Translations under genes and position numbers: made by a program
Shown: piece by piece, positions 1-14,216 of the stretch
Layout: each line of letters opens with the position of its first letter
Position numbering within the stretch: position 1 is the first letter of the stretch
Assembly (NCBI GenBank): GCA_032718475.1
Contig: JAUCBJ010003973.1
Span: 29,077 to 93,076 of the forward strand
Reading direction: 5' to 3'
Length of the DNA: 64,000 bases
Origin: Nemertoderma westbladi
Taxonomy: Eukaryota > Animalia > Xenacoelomorpha
The notes under the pieces: model-generated
The model's input: the letters and a program-made list of their open reading frames with translations, nothing else
Told to the model about the DNA's origin: nothing
The model's database searches: none

Positions 1-202
1 AACTCTTGTTTATTGTTTTTTGGTTACTTTCAACTCACCTATGTAACCTGCTCCTTTCAGCCTTTGCTAACCCTGTAACCGGACACTAGTGAAAGTGACT
101 TTAGTTTTGGTGATTTCAGGATTAGCAGAATAGGAGCTAGGAGGGTCTCCTACAGCCCTATTTGACACAAGTGCCAATGTTTTATTTTACTTTTTTTACC
201 GG

Positions 203-2958
203 CAGTCGGTGAGAAGTCAAAAATTGGACTTGAGTCCAAAATTGGACTTCGACTCCAGTTCAAGTCCAAAATTGGACTTCTGTGAGTCCAATATTGGACT
301 TCAAATCAGCCAATTGTTCCAGGGCCTTGGGTAATAGGATCGGGCGGGATTTTTTTTCTTTAATCGAAAATATATCAAAAAATAAGAGTTTTGAACAGGG
401 GGACCTGAAATTCACCAGGGGGAACGTTTTTTATAAGGCTTTGAATTTTTACAAAAGTCCAATATTGGACTTTAAGTCCAATTTTGGACGTGACATTGAG
501 AATCGAACTTAAAGGTACATGAAGCATGACAGATGAGAGACAGCCAGACAGCTGTTAAGTTATGGAAAGTTACCTTTGCAGCTCTGTATGTATCTTCAGT
601 GTACTGACTGTACTGTACTTAGAATATAATGGTACATTCTAGCATTCTAGGTACTTTGTACTTTACTTTTAGCATATTGTTTAGTTCACAATTTACATTC
701 ATGTTATGTCTAACCTTACAGCCTTATGTACCCAGGACTTTATAGTGTCTTTAGGACTAGATTAGATTATGCTCCAACAAATATTTAATTACAAATTATA
801 TTTAGTGGATACTGGTAGCAATGCCAGGTTAGCCAACTGCAGCTGCTGCTAAGGCTAACTACAGTACAAGCTACGATTTCGTCTAAGGCTACGGGAGCCC
901 TATCAGAAAGAAATACTACAAGTTGATGCTACCACCATCTCTTCTAATTTTTCCATACAACAGGAAGGGTATTATAAAACAGCTGGATAACAGGATAATG
1001 AAATGGGATTAGTAACTGATTAACGCGTTGGGGTCTCCACTAGTGTTAGACCGGAGCTCCGGCTCCGGTCCGGATCCGGCCCGGAAAATGGTGCTCCGGT
1101 TCCGGTCCGGCTCCGGCTAAAATATGACCGGAGGACCGGAGCTCCAGTATAAAACTGTAAAAGACAGACAGAGACACACAATGTACAGATGTACAATGCA
1201 CAATCAGTTGTCCACAGTCACAGTCATCTAGTCTAGTCAGCTAGTCCATCATAGTACAGCCAGACAGCTGCACTGGCCTACCAGGTGCCAGGCTGAGGCT
1301 ACAAAGACAGGCCAGTCAGTACACTAGTACCTACAGTACTGTACTACCTACTCACTCTCTGACTCTGTCTAGCCTGTCGCTGTCACTAGCCTAGTACAGT
1401 AGTATTAGTACTAGTACCTATACCTCTACCTCTACCTGTTGCCTGTCTACATCTACAGATCTACTGGCAGACTGAGTTCGAATGCTATCAACCATTCTTC
1501 TATTGCATCGTTGATCTGAGTTGTTTTGTTAGATTTAATATGTAATAAAACTACCCGACTACCGTCAGACCGTAATGCTGTAATGTACTGGTTTATGAGT
1601 ATAAAGTATAAACAAAGTCAGAAAGTGGAGAAGTTGGCTCACTAAATGTAGCTGTGTAGTGGACTAACTGCAACATGCTGACATGCCAGGTCGTATTATA
1701 GTACAGTCTGACAGTGCAGCGCAGCAGTGGTACCGGTACCTTTAGGTCATACAGTCATACCAGGCTTCAATATATTTTTTTAATTTTACCTACCCGGTCC
1801 GGCTCCGGTTCCGGCTCCGGTACTTTTGGAATTTACCCGGTCCGGTTCCGGCTCCGGCAAAAATCTGGCTCCGGTCTAACGCTAGTCTCCACATAATAAG
1901 TACAGAAGTAACAAGTAACACACGTCATAATCATAAACCAATTGAGGGAAAGGAACATATTACAGAGGCAGGCTTTTCTAACTAAAACAATAAACGGCCA
2001 CTTTTGACTTTACCAATTGAAGGAGCCCTATAACCTCACCACATACTACTACTACAATCGGCATGATTCATTGCAGCTGCATTATATATATAGCAATATA
2101 GGCCCTATTATGTATTAAGAATGCTGTGCCGGCTTGTTGACAAAAGTGCGCCTCCACAACTCCCTTACACTCTTACAGCCTTATCACCCATGACATTTGC
2201 TAGATCATCCGCATCTTCAAGGCCAGTGTCCTTTTAAGACAGTAAGAAAGATGCGTCTCAAGAAAGTCATGGGCTGTCCACCATGCTTATTCACTCCATG
2301 AGGTGCACTGGCTGGTCCTCACGGCTTAAAAAGCGATGTCCTGCAAAGCGGAGGCGGCTTTGTTCTAGTGTCAAGCTTGGGGGAACCAATGACTGAATGA
2401 GACACCTCCAACTCCAATGTTATATAGTGTCTGGTTGGAGATGTAGAGATGTGTGCATTGTACTTGACACAGTGAAGTGAACCTAATCAAAACAATTAGT
2501 CAATAAACATTAACTCAATAACATAATAAGTTACAGTTTACAGTAGTCTTATTTTTGCCATACGAAAATACCTCAGGTATGGCAGTATGGGTATGAATGA
2601 ACTATACAGCTATAAATCAACTACGCTACCGCGGTATACACCGCTAAGGCAGTAAGGCTACCGCAAAGCTATACCACTACCGCAAAAAGTAACTACTAAT
2701 GTCTGACTGTACGTGTGCGATCCCTGTTTATAATACATATAATAATTAATTTGATCATTAAAATAATGTTGCATTTTAATTATGTAATATATATGTACTG
2801 ATACGGGATGCAGTTTTGATTTAAATACCGATATACAGTATGGCAGCATGGGTACACTTGGAGTTGTACTAAAGTCCAATATTGGACTTTGGAGTCCAAA
2901 ATTGGACTTGAAGTCTAAAATTGGACTTGAAGTCCAATTTTTGACTTCTCACCGACTG
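203..2958. mobile_element. Non-autonomous TIR DNA transposon with CAG termini and 5-bp TSD (superfamily unassigned)
   Basis: Ends cagtcggtgagaagtcaaaa... and ...ttttgacttctcaccgactg are inverted; ACCGG flanks both ends (198-202, 2959-2963); subterminal palindromic repeats gtccaaaattggac at both ends; no transposase ORF. Confidence 0.8.
1041..1884. mobile_element. hAT-type MITE nested in the 203-2958 element
   Basis: TIRs tagtgttagaccggagc / gctccggtctaacgcta; 8-bp TSD GTCTCCAC (1033-1040, 1885-1892); subterminal ctccgg repeats. An 8-bp TSD with TAG ends is typical of hAT. Confidence 0.85.
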
Positions 2959-3859
2959 ACCGGGAGAAAAAGTAAAATCAATGCAAAATTATGGCTCTAT
3001 GGTGCATTATTATGTGGCAATATTATTCAATATTATTGCAGGTTGCTGTGTTGCCGACTTTGCAAAAGCTGTGCCCAACAAAAAGTTACAATATTCAGAT
3101 ATTACGGGGACAACTTTTTCCCTACTAGTGGGGAAAAAAAGTAGGCCTACTACTTTTTCTCCCGATTTTAGGGCATATTCAAGCAAAAAAGTAACAATAT
3201 AAAAATATAAGTTCTTTAAGCTCTGTACTTCGTTTTATATGTCTACCATCTGATCAGCCACCCCACTGCACCCCTACCAGTAGCCTTTTTAAGTATAAGC
3301 CTTTTTAAACTAATAGGCCTACTGAATATGTTTTAATTTTAAATATTATATTTCACAACACTTAGACACTACCCTAGGCCTACATCAGTTTATTTTTTTA
3401 CCTTTGCAATACAGTAACAAACAAGCTAACAACTACTGAACTAGGGCAACTATGACTTCTGTCTGTAGCTGACTATGCTGCTATGAAATTCAAATTTGGG
3501 GTATAACTCAAATTTAGAGAATTAACCTAACCTTGTATTAAAATTGAGGTAATTCCAAAATTGGGTCTATAATTTGAAATTTGAGGTATTCTCAAATTTG
3601 ATGATCTCCCTGACTGCAGTATGCATGGGGTAACACGAGGCCTGGTGCTGGCCTATATTGTGATTGTACTGTTGTAGTACATCATAGGCGTACTGGACCG
3701 GTATCGGTATGCAGTACTGCAGTAGTTTAGCATTACTCTGTTAATATACAGGTTGACTGAAAGGAGCTTATCAACCAGCAGTTTGATGCCATCAATCAAT
3801 GATGCCGATGACAACAGGCAACAGCAACAGGCCGGTAAACCGGTGGCAGTAGGTCATTA

Positions 3860-3978
3860 AAGGTGATGTGATCGTTGACGATGCAATTAAAGCCAGGATT
3901 TTTTCAAAGGTTCTGGCAGAGAATTACTGTAACGATGATGGTAATTGCCCCCCTTTCAGTCGTGCGGTGCCAAATAAT
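3860..3978 (+). pseudogene. 5' piece of the CR1-like LINE ORF2, separated from the rest by the hAT insertion
   Basis: Reads GDVIVDDAIKARIFSKVLAENYCNDDGNCPPFSRAVPNN and continues in frame across the TSD into THISDITFNPSVVLKIL at 9512, resembling the CR1 pre-RT linker. Confidence 0.7.
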
Positions 3979-4944
3979 TAGGGCTCGATCGGAGCTCCGG
4001 CCTCCGGCTCCGGCTCCGGCCATTTTGGCACCTCCGGCTCCTGCTCCGGCTCCGGTAAAAATATTGCCGGAGTTAATTTTTTAATAAAGTAGGCCTATCA
4101 GTAGGGAACATACCCTTAAATAAGCTCCAAAAGTGGGTTCTTATTTAAGGAAAATGGCTCTTATTTAGGGGTTTTTGGGCCTTTTTTGGATATTTTTTCG
4201 ACATAATATGCAAGATCTTGTTTCAGTAAAAAATACCGCATAATTTTATTTCACAATATAAAAGTTGGTTCTTTCTTGAACATAATGCAAAAAACCAGAA
4301 AACATTTCACCGTCCGGTTTTTTTTCTACAAGCGTTTTAAAATTGCATCAAAAATACGACCAGTTCCTAAATAAGAGGGATTTTTTAAATTTACCTTATT
4401 TAAGACATCGAAATTGTACACAAATACTAAAAGTCCTTAAATAAGAACTTTTTGACATGGGTTTCTTATTTAGGTATACAATTTCATTCCAAAATCTGCA
4501 TACTCCTTAAATAAATTAAATATTTCTCATTTCTCACAGAGAGTAGAAGCAGTTCCGCGACAATAATAATATTGCTCCTCAAAAGACAGAAAGAGGGCCC
4601 TTACTGCATCAGGGACGCGTTTTTCGACAGAGCCCCGTCACCTGAAACAGCCAGTGCCGCTAGTCGATGGGGTTGACTTGTTGGCGAGAGGCTATTATGA
4701 GGCGCAATACGCATTGCGTATCTCCTTCTGTCAACCAATACTGCCCTCATTTCTCATATATTAAATTAAATAAATTAAATTAAATATCCTTATATAATGT
4801 CTCTTATAACCTCGTCTCCCAGCCCCATCCTCCTTCTGCCCTTATCTGCTTATGACAGTTATGACCTCCTACCTGCCTAACCTTGACAGGACATTGCAAG
4901 ATGCAGAGATAAGGGAGCTTCTTAGCTTAATTGGATAGGTGCAA

Positions 4945-6155
4945 AAATGCACAACGAACAACAATGAGCAATAATGAGGAACAACGACTGAACGAGCAAC
5001 AATGAGCAACAACGAGTAACATTGAGAAACACCGAGCAACAATGAGTAATAATAAAGTACAACAATGAGCAACAACGAGAAACAGCGAGCAACAATGAGG
5101 AACAACGACTGAACGAGCAATAATAAAGTACAACAACGAGCAACAATGAGCAACAACGAGTAACAATGAGTAATATTGAGCAACAACGAGCAACAGCGAG
5201 CAGCAATGAGGAACAACGACTGAACGAGCAATAATAAAGTACAACAACGAGCAACATTGAGAAACAACGAGCAACAATGAGCAATAATAAAGTACAACAT
5301 CGAGAAACAACGACCCATAATTAGGACATGAGGAACAACGAGTAACAATGAGCAACAATGACAATGAGTAACAACGAGTAACATTGAGCAATAATAAAGT
5401 ATAACAACGAGTAACATTGAGCAACAATGAGAAACACTGAGCAACAATGAGCAATAATAAAGAACAACAACCAGACAACGAGCAACAATGAGCAACAACG
5501 AGAAACAACGAGCAATAATGAGCAACAACGACTGAACGAGCAACAACGAGTTATATTGAGCAACAACGAGATATATTGAGCAACAATGAGCAATAATAAA
5601 GTATAACAACGAGCAACAATGGGCAACAACGACTGAACGAGCAACAACGAGTAATATTGAGCAACAATGAGCAATAATAAAGTACAACATCGAGAAACAA
5701 CGAGCAACAATGAGGAACAACGATTGAACGAGCAATAATAAAGTACAACAACGAGCAACAATGAGTAACAATGAGCAATAATGAGCAACAATGAGCAATA
5801 ATAGAGTACAACGAGCAACAACGAGCAATAATAAAGTACAACTAACTCGCAACAATGAGCACCAACAAGCAACAATGACCAACAACGAGCAACAATGAGC
5901 AATAATAAAGTACAACAACGAGCAACAATGAGGAACAACGATTGAACGAGCAATAATAAAGTACAACAACGAGCAACAATGAGTAACAATGAGCAATAAT
6001 GAGCAACAACGAGCAATAATAGAGTACAACGAGCAATAATAAGGTACAACTAACGAGCACCAACAAGCAACAATGACCAACAACGTGCAACAATGACCAA
6101 CAATGACCAACAATGAGAAATAATAAAGCACAACAAGCAGCAATGAGCAACAAAC
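4945..6155. repeat. Low-complexity tandem array (aacaacgagc / aacaatgagc / aataataaagt units)
   Basis: Degenerate 9-12 bp units visible directly; source of the spurious Cys/Leu-rich minus-strand ORFs. Confidence 0.95.
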
Positions 6156-6619
6156 TGCGTCGAACCGGATTGAATGTGGGGGGGAGCCACGTTCAAGTGA
6201 GCGAAGCCTTAGCATATGGGTGCTATTAACGAGTTGTCTGTCGTCGTTGTGAATTTTTTATTGGTAATAACTCGGTCATTCCTTGATGAAATTAAACGAA
6301 ACTTAGTATGTATGTAGTATGTCAAAAGATTAGAAATAATCTGAAGTTTAGTTTGGTAAAAAACAAACGAACGCAATGAGGCAAATTAAGGAGACGAATA
6401 TTGTGTTGAACGACCTCTGGCTCTGACTAACGAAAGACAACATGTTAATGGGGTGGGGCCCCTATCAGCTAGGGCTAGCTAAGGCTTTGCTCACTTCATG
6501 CTGCGCAGAGGTCCCACAAACGTGTCCCACTCCCTGACTCCTGCCTGAGCCAGTTGAGCCAAAACGTCATCCAGTCATCATCTTTAACCTTCATAACGTC
6601 TATCAGCTGCCCAATGATG

Positions 6620-7460
6620 AGGACATGAGGAACAACGAGTAACAATGAGCAACAATGACAATTAGTAACAACGAGTAACATTGAGCAATAATAAAGTATA
6701 ACAACGAGTAACATTGAGCAACAACGAGCAACAATGAAAAACACTGAGCAATAATAAAGAACAACAGCGAGCAACAATGAGCAACAACGAGAAACAACGA
6801 GCAATAATGAGCAACAACTACTGAACGAGCAACAACGAGTTATATTGAGCAACGAGATATATTGAGCAACAATGAGCAATAATAAAGTACAACACCGAGA
6901 AACAACGAGCAACAATGAGCAATAATAAAGTACAACAACGAGAAACAACGACCAATAATTAGGACATGAGGAACAACGAGTAACAATGAGCAACAATGAC
7001 AATGAGTAACAACGAGTAACATTGAGCAATAATAAAGTATAACAACGAGTAACATTGAGCAACAATGAGAAACACTGAGCAATAATAAAGAACAACATCG
7101 AGCAACAATGAGCAACAACGAGCAATAATGAGCAACAACGACTGAACGAGCAACAACGAGTTATATTAAGCAACAACGAGATATATTGAGCAACAATGAC
7201 TGAACGAGCAACAACGAGTAATATTGAACAACAACGAGCAACAATGAGGAACAACGATTGAACGACCAATAATAAAGTACAACAACGAGCAACAATGAGT
7301 AACAATGAGCAATAATGAGCAACAACGAGCAATTATAAAGTACAACTAACGACCAACAATGAGCACCAACAAGCAACAATGACCAACAACGAGCAACAAT
7401 GACCAACAATGAGAAATAATAAAGCACAACGAGCAGCAATGAGCAACAACGAGCAACAAA
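6620..7460. repeat. Second block of the same array; part of a local duplication (about 6060-6612 resembles about 7345-7908)
   Basis: Same units; the unique flank aaactgcgtcgaaccggattgaatgtggg...gtctatcagctgcccaa occurs twice. Confidence 0.9.
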
Positions 7461-9511
7461 CTGCGTCGAACCGGATTGAATGTGGGGGAGAGCCACGTTC
7501 AAGAGAGCGAAGCCTTAGCATATGGGTGCTATTAACGAGTTGTCTGTCGTCGTTGTAAATTTTTTATCGCTAATAACTCGGTCATTCCTTGATGAAATTA
7601 AACGAAACTTAGTATGTATGTAGTCTGTCAAAAGATTAGAAATAATCTGAAGTTTGGTAAAAAACAAACGAACGCAATGAGGCAAATTAAGGAGACGAGT
7701 ATTATGTTGAACGACCTCTGACTAACGAAAGACAACATGTTAATGGCTGAATGGGGTGGGGTCCCTATCAGCTAGGGCTAGCTAAGGCTTTGCTCACTTC
7801 ATGCCGCGCAAAGGTCCCACGAACGTGTCCCACTCCTGCCTGAGCCAGTTGAGCCAAAACGTCATCCAGTCATGATATTTAACCTTCATAACGTCTATCA
7901 GCTGCCCAACCGAACCATCTTTGTGCCTATTGACATGACATAGACATTGGTTTTTCACTTTTTTCACACCTTTCAAGTACAACATTTTGGACAATCCATC
8001 TAAGTGGGGCATAACGTGGAGCAGAAGAGGAAATGCAGGACACAAGTTAGTTTTTCGAAACTCTGCGGCGATGTCCAGTTACTTGAGTCCTGTTTCATCG
8101 AAATACGTGACAATGTATGTGCGCTCAGATGGGCGATGGGCTATTCTTTTGAATATCAATGGGCTATTCTATGCTACCGTGTGAGGTAAGAATGCCAGTG
8201 CTAGCAACTTCATTATGATACGATATTCTATAGAGGATTTATAGAGTGCAGTGCAACCATTGTCCTTATCCTTAACCCAACAATTAGCAATATACAGACT
8301 GACATAAATCAAAGAATTATGAAAGAAGTGTAACACATACTGTAAGGAATAAGAAATATTTATTTTATTTAAGGAATGTGCAGATTTTGGAATACAATTG
8401 TATTCCTAAATAATAAACCCAGGTCAAAAAGTTATTATTTAGGGACTTTTAGTATTTATGTGTACAATTTCGATCTTAAATAAGGTAAATTTAAAAAATC
8501 CCCCTTATTTAGGAACTAGTCGTATTTTTGATGCAATTTTAAAACGCTTGTAGAAAAAAAACTGGACGGTGAAATGTTTTCTGGTTTTTTGCTTTATGTT
8601 CAAGAAAGACCCAACTTTTACATTGTGAAATAAAATTATGCGGTATTTTTTCCTGAAACAAGTTATTGCATATTATATCGAAAAAATATCCAAAAAAGGC
8701 CCAAAAACCCCTAAATAAGAGCCATTTTCCTTAAATAAGAACCCACTTTTGGAGCTTATTTAAGGGTATGTTCCCTACTGCCTATTATATTATATTTCGT
8801 GCATATTCTAATCTGAACAATTATTTAACACTATAAGTCCAGAAGTCTGTAAGTACTGTAGTACAGCTTCAATATCAAGTACAATCTGATAATACTGCAG
8901 TATTTACTTAAAGTCAATGACTGACTGACTGTACTGCAGTACAGGCTGACTGGTACTGGCCAGCTGGCTGACTAGCAGACTATTACAGATAGGGCCTACT
9001 TTAAAAAATTGTAATTTTGCTGGATTGTACACTGTCAGACTGTAGGCCTATCACTGCAGCCATTTACTGCTGTCTTGCCAGCATACTGTACTGCAGTACT
9101 GGTACACGTACGGTAGGGGGTAGGCTACCTACAGTACACATCTCTACCACAGTTAGACAGTTAGCTAGGTAGGTACTGTAGGTAATTTTTAGCCGTCAGC
9201 GTCAGGCCGTCGCCGTCAGCATCAATCAGGCCGTCGCCGTCAGCGTCAGGCCGTCTGTCCATGATAAATTAATTACTTAAATTTTAAATTGAAAATTCGT
9301 AAATCTATAAATTATGAAATTAATTAGACCTACAGTATGATTGATTATGAGCGATTGGTGAACGATAACCATACTTTATTTTTTTTAAATAAATAATTAA
9401 ATTTTTAAAATTTTTTAAAAACTCCGGCTCCTGCTCCGGCCAAATTGTCCAACTCCGGCTCCTGCTCCGGCTCCGGCCAAATCCCAACTCCGATCGAGCC
9501 CTACAAATAAT

Positions 9512-11290
9512 ACACATATTAGCGACATTACTTTTAATCCCAGTGTAGTACTTAAGATTTTACGAGACCTACCATGAAAGTCTGGCTCAACACCAGATGG
9601 CATGCCTAGCTTATTATACCGTAGTTTGGCTACACAGCTAGCAACGCCTTTGTCTGTTATGTTTGAAATATCTTTCAGTTTACATGTGTTACCCAATATC
9701 TGGCTTACAGCAATTGTAGTACCCCTGTTCAAGAAAGATGACCCGTCCAACCCATACAACTACCGGCCAATTTCTTTGACTTGCATTGCCTGCAAAATAA
9801 TGGAAACTTGTATTAAAAATGAACTTTTAAAGTACCTACTTTCGAATGGCCTAATTTCTAAAATTCAACACGGCTTTCTCAAACGCCGCTCAACTGCAAC
9901 TCATCTCCTCGAGTGCACGAACGATTGGTACAAATTATTAGATAATAAACAGAACATCGATATTATTTATATCGACTTCGAGAAGGCCTTCGATAAGGTG
10001 GTACACTCTAAACTTTTACAAAAACTGGCCGCGTATGGGATTTCAGGTAATCTATTTGACTGGATAGTCGCCTTCTTAGCTAATCGTAGTCAACGTGTTT
10101 TAGTTGGATACAAATACTCAGATTATGTTGACGTCAAATCAGGAACACCCCAAGGAAGCGTCTTGGGGCCGAATTTGTTCCTAGTTTTTGTAAACGATTT
10201 GCCTTCGGAATTTACAAATGTAGGTTGCAAACTATTTGCTGACGATTTAAAATTATATGTTAACAGTAATAATCCGGCAAACATTCAAAATGCGTTGGAT
10301 AGATTAGCCAGTTGGAGTAAAACCTGGCAGCTCAATGTCGCTGCGCACAAATGTCATGTACTTCACCTTGGTACACGCACACCGAGTGAGTACACTCTCA
10401 ACGGTTCTATTCTAGAACTCAAGGAGAGTTGTAAGGACCTAGGTATTATCGTTACCAAAAATCTGTGTTTCAGCAAATACTGCAGCCAACAAGTAACCAA
10501 GGCTGCAAGGCGTATAAAATGTGCAATATAATATTTAGGTGCTTCCACACTTCCTGACTTCTAATGTCAATGTACTTATTACGGCTTATAAGGCGTATGT
10601 TCGCCCACTGTTAGAGTATTGTACTGTGGTTTGGTCTCCTCACCAAATTTTTAATATAAAATTGGTTGAGCGCATCCAACGATATTTCACCAGACGATTG
10701 TTTTCAAGATGCCAGTTAACACACATAGATAACAGTTACTCTAATAGATTAATACACTTGAAACTCCAACCATTAGAAGTTAGGCGAATTATTTTTGATA
10801 TCCGTATGGTTTATAATATTTGTCACAATAACATTGACCTTCATTTTAACGATTTTTTCTCGCATGTGCAACGGCAAGGTTTGCGAGGCCATAACTGATA
10901 ACAGGAAACTGTTTGCTCAGCCTAGCAGGCTAGTCGTTGTCAGAAATCGTTTTGCCAGCCGTATAGTCTGATAGTATCCGTGTGGAATTCCTTGCCCTCA
11001 GATGCCGTTAATGCACGTAATTTGTATATTTTTAATTGCCATATACGTCATATTGATTTTAGTCACTTGTGTCATTTTGTTTAAATATGCACACATTATA
11101 CCCCGCCTCGTATTTTGATTTGATTTTTTTTATATTTTCTCTGTTCATAATGACTGACCGTGTTTTACCATTTTATTTTTTTAGTTTGCAATATTTTTAC
11201 TTAATTCCAATAGAGATACGCTCGTAAGTGCAACATTGCCTGGGTTATCTTCTCCCTCCATACATATAATTGTTCAATTAAAGGTCTAAT
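9512..11290 (+). pseudogene. CR1-group non-LTR retrotransposon (LINE) ORF2 reverse transcriptase, degenerate, with 3' UTR
   Basis: ORF 9602-10531 has RT motifs NYRPISLT, QHGF, IYIDFEKAFDKV, GTPQGSVLGP, LFADD; 10539-10898 has the CR1-type C-terminus (YKAYVRPLLEYCTVVWSP...LVERIQRYFTRR); stops and frameshift present; 3' limit approximate. Confidence 0.9.
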
Positions 11291-13598
11291 TCAATTGCAT
11301 TTTGTGAATATGTATGTCATTAAGATTAATTTTAAATAATTAATTATTTTATTTGTCGGTGCAATTATTTGGAGTGCAATTACATTACATTACATTACAT
11401 AAAGGAATCTTCAAATGAACAAAATGTAATATTTTGAAAAAAGTGAAAATTGAAAACTGAAAAGTGAAACCCTTCTAACAATTAACCTAAATCTTATTGT
11501 AGATACATTCTGACATTGTTTATGAAAAACATTTTTTTGTCTTTTTGGGTAGTTTTTTAGGTAATATTGAGCTTTTTTGTGTTATTTTTTGTATTTTTTT
11601 GTGTTTTTTGTGTGTATTTTTTTTTTTTTTGGGGTAATTCGTAGGACCCTAAAAAACCATAAAAAACCAATTTTTTCGCCTTTTTTTAAAAGTTGGTTAA
11701 ACCAAAAAAGAAAAAACCATAAAAAACCAATGGTGAGAAAAACCATTGGTCAGTTGGTTGCCAACCGCTTCACACAGCATGTGGCATACTGTAACATTAT
11801 GTAACAAGCTGTTGAAACGTTTATAATCTTTTATAATAATCTATTTTCTTCTACATTCTACTGTTCTATAATCTTATATAATATAATATAATCTATAATT
11901 AATAATCTTTTATAATAATAATATAATAATCTTTTAAGGCTAATAATGCCAAGGAATGCCTGTTCACCACCACGGATGATATTCCAAAGTAAACCTTCCA
12001 TTATGTTTTCCAAAGTTGCCTTGGTTCCCATTTATCGACCACTCACAAGGATGAAAGCTAGGGTTGGTCTAGGCTGAAGCATTTAAAGCATTATTCAGCA
12101 ATTATTCATTATCTGATTATTGCTGAAGCAATAATTTGCACTCTTTTGTACTATTTTTGCACTTTATTGTACTCTTTTGTACTATTTTGTACTTTCTGAC
12201 TTTTTTGTACAGATTCGTCGGACCGAAGGTATGCCATACTTTGAAATCAGGTGCTGCAGTGCAGTACAGCAGTATGGCAGTATGGTATTGGTGGTATCAG
12301 GTATAGGCCTACATCTGTCTGTCTGTCATACATCAGTACTACACTACCAGACTACATACTGACATACCGCTGTAACGGTACTGACTACTGAGTACTGACA
12401 TACTGCAGTACTGACCTTCACAGCCTGATAGCTGTCAGCGTTCGGCTGTAGGCCTGTACAGCCAGAGCCAGACAGCAGTACAACAGTTGTAGGCCATAGG
12501 CTGTGGGTCTGTCTGTACTGCTGTACACACAGTCTGACTGTGCTGCAGTACGGTCAGACGGTACCACAGTCAGACAGTACCAGTACAATACCGGTGTAAC
12601 AGAGAATTTTCACTCCCATGCAAAATCACTCACCAGTTAAAATTCCATAGTGTGTTCCAGTGGTCAGGTGGTAGCGGTTTAAATCCCAGATAATACCTTC
12701 ACCAGCAAAGTGCATCAATCAGTGTACCTTCGGAGCTGAAGGGCTGGAGATGGAGCGCGAACTTTGTTCCAATTCAGAGCGAACTTTGTTCCAGTTCACA
12801 GTGAACTTTGTTCCTACAAAATATAATTATAGTCTGTCTGTCTCGTAAACCTATGTACTGCGAATTTTGTTCCTATGAAAGCGAATTTTGTTCCACTCAC
12901 AATTACAGTACTGAGTTCTGCCGTAGCTAATTTACGGTATATGAATAACAACACGCATGCTGAAATTATCTTCCATGCCGTCCGTCATCTTTCCCACGAT
13001 TTAACACAATAGTATTAGATTGAATAGGAAACGTTTACTTACTTGGAGAATCATTATTAATATAATTTAATTTTGATTTAGAAATTATCTTACCGCCAGT
13101 ATTCACAGCCGCTCCACTTTTGTTATGGAATATATTAATGTAGGATTTTTGTACAAATATTGAATTTTTATACAGTAATAATAAATTCTTATAATATTGA
13201 TTTACTAAGAATACTTAGTTTGTACGTAATGTACATAATAGTAATACGCGTGCCCTACCTAGTGTCAGATTATCCTATGTCCCAAAGGATAACAATAATT
13301 ACGGTAATGTTTGCGACTTTGAAATTAAACATTTGAAACACCCAATCATTCATTCAGTTTCCCAGTCTCCGTTCAGCCGTTGGCCGGAAAATGTCGTAGA
13401 AAATCTATACCACTCGGGACCGACCTAAATTAATACCGGTACTGGTGCCACATACCCTAGATGTAAAGGTTGTAAAGTACTTGTTGTAGGGTAACGTGGC
13501 TCATCAACTGCGGGTAACGTTATGGGAATGGTTATCGCAATGGGAAATTTTTCAATTTTATCAATTTTGACATTAAACATTATAGCGGCTCTATTATA

Positions 13599-14216
13599 GG
13601 GATGCAGTCACTTCCCCAATAGGACACTTCCCCAATAGGACACTTCCCCAATAGGACACTTCCCCAATAGGACACTTCTCCAATAAGTCACTTCCCATTA
13701 AAAATGTATTTTAAGTCACTTGCCCAATATACTGTATTTCATTTTTAACCGAAATTATGTCACTTTACCAATAGGTCACTTGCGCAATACTCGACTTACA
13801 GAAAGTCACTCGCCCAATAAGTTTTTTGAGACCATAATTTCCATTCACTACATATTCTGCCTGTTCCTATAGGTCTAATACATCACATAATCAGATAGTG
13901 GCGCACATTGAGCGCAAGTGAAAATAGTGATCCTCAGCACAAATTGACCGCAGGTGAAATAATTTATAGTTTATTGTTTTGGTTAGAAAACACTGCCTCT
14001 GAAGCCTGCTCCTTTCCATTAATGTTCTTAATTAAATAAAGCTAAATCTCAAAGTATTGGGCAAGTGTCATATTCTAAAACTGGCCTATTGGGATAGTGA
14101 CCATACCAGATCTAGTTATTTGGGAAATGACTCATAGGGAAAGTGTCTTAAGGTTAATATTATTGGGCAAAAGTTTCATTGGGGAAGTGTCCCTATTGGG
14201 CATCTGACAGTTAACC
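13599..14216. mobile_element. MITE-like element with 17-bp subterminal repeats
   Basis: Tandem ggacacttccccaata(g) copies at 13607-13700, degenerate copies further in, and inverted copies at about 14055-14205; no clear TSD. Confidence 0.55.

Larger units (their letters stand above)
4099..8780. mobile_element. Long-TIR (about 410 bp) DNA element with CAG termini and 5-bp TSD, nested in the hAT element
   Basis: cagtagggaacatacccttaaataagctcc... (4099 to about 4515) is the reverse complement of about 8365-8780; CCTAT flanks both ends (4094-4098, 8781-8785). Confidence 0.85.
3979..9503. mobile_element. Non-autonomous hAT-type element inserted in a LINE
   Basis: TIRs tagggctcgatcggag / ctccgatcgagcccta; 8-bp TSD CAAATAAT (3971-3978, 9504-9511); ctccgg subterminal repeats. 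Confidence 0.85.

Noticed and set aside
4869-7521. Many long Cys/Leu/Val-rich minus-strand ORFs
   Set aside because: Products of a low-complexity array that lacks stop codons on that strand; open in all frames.
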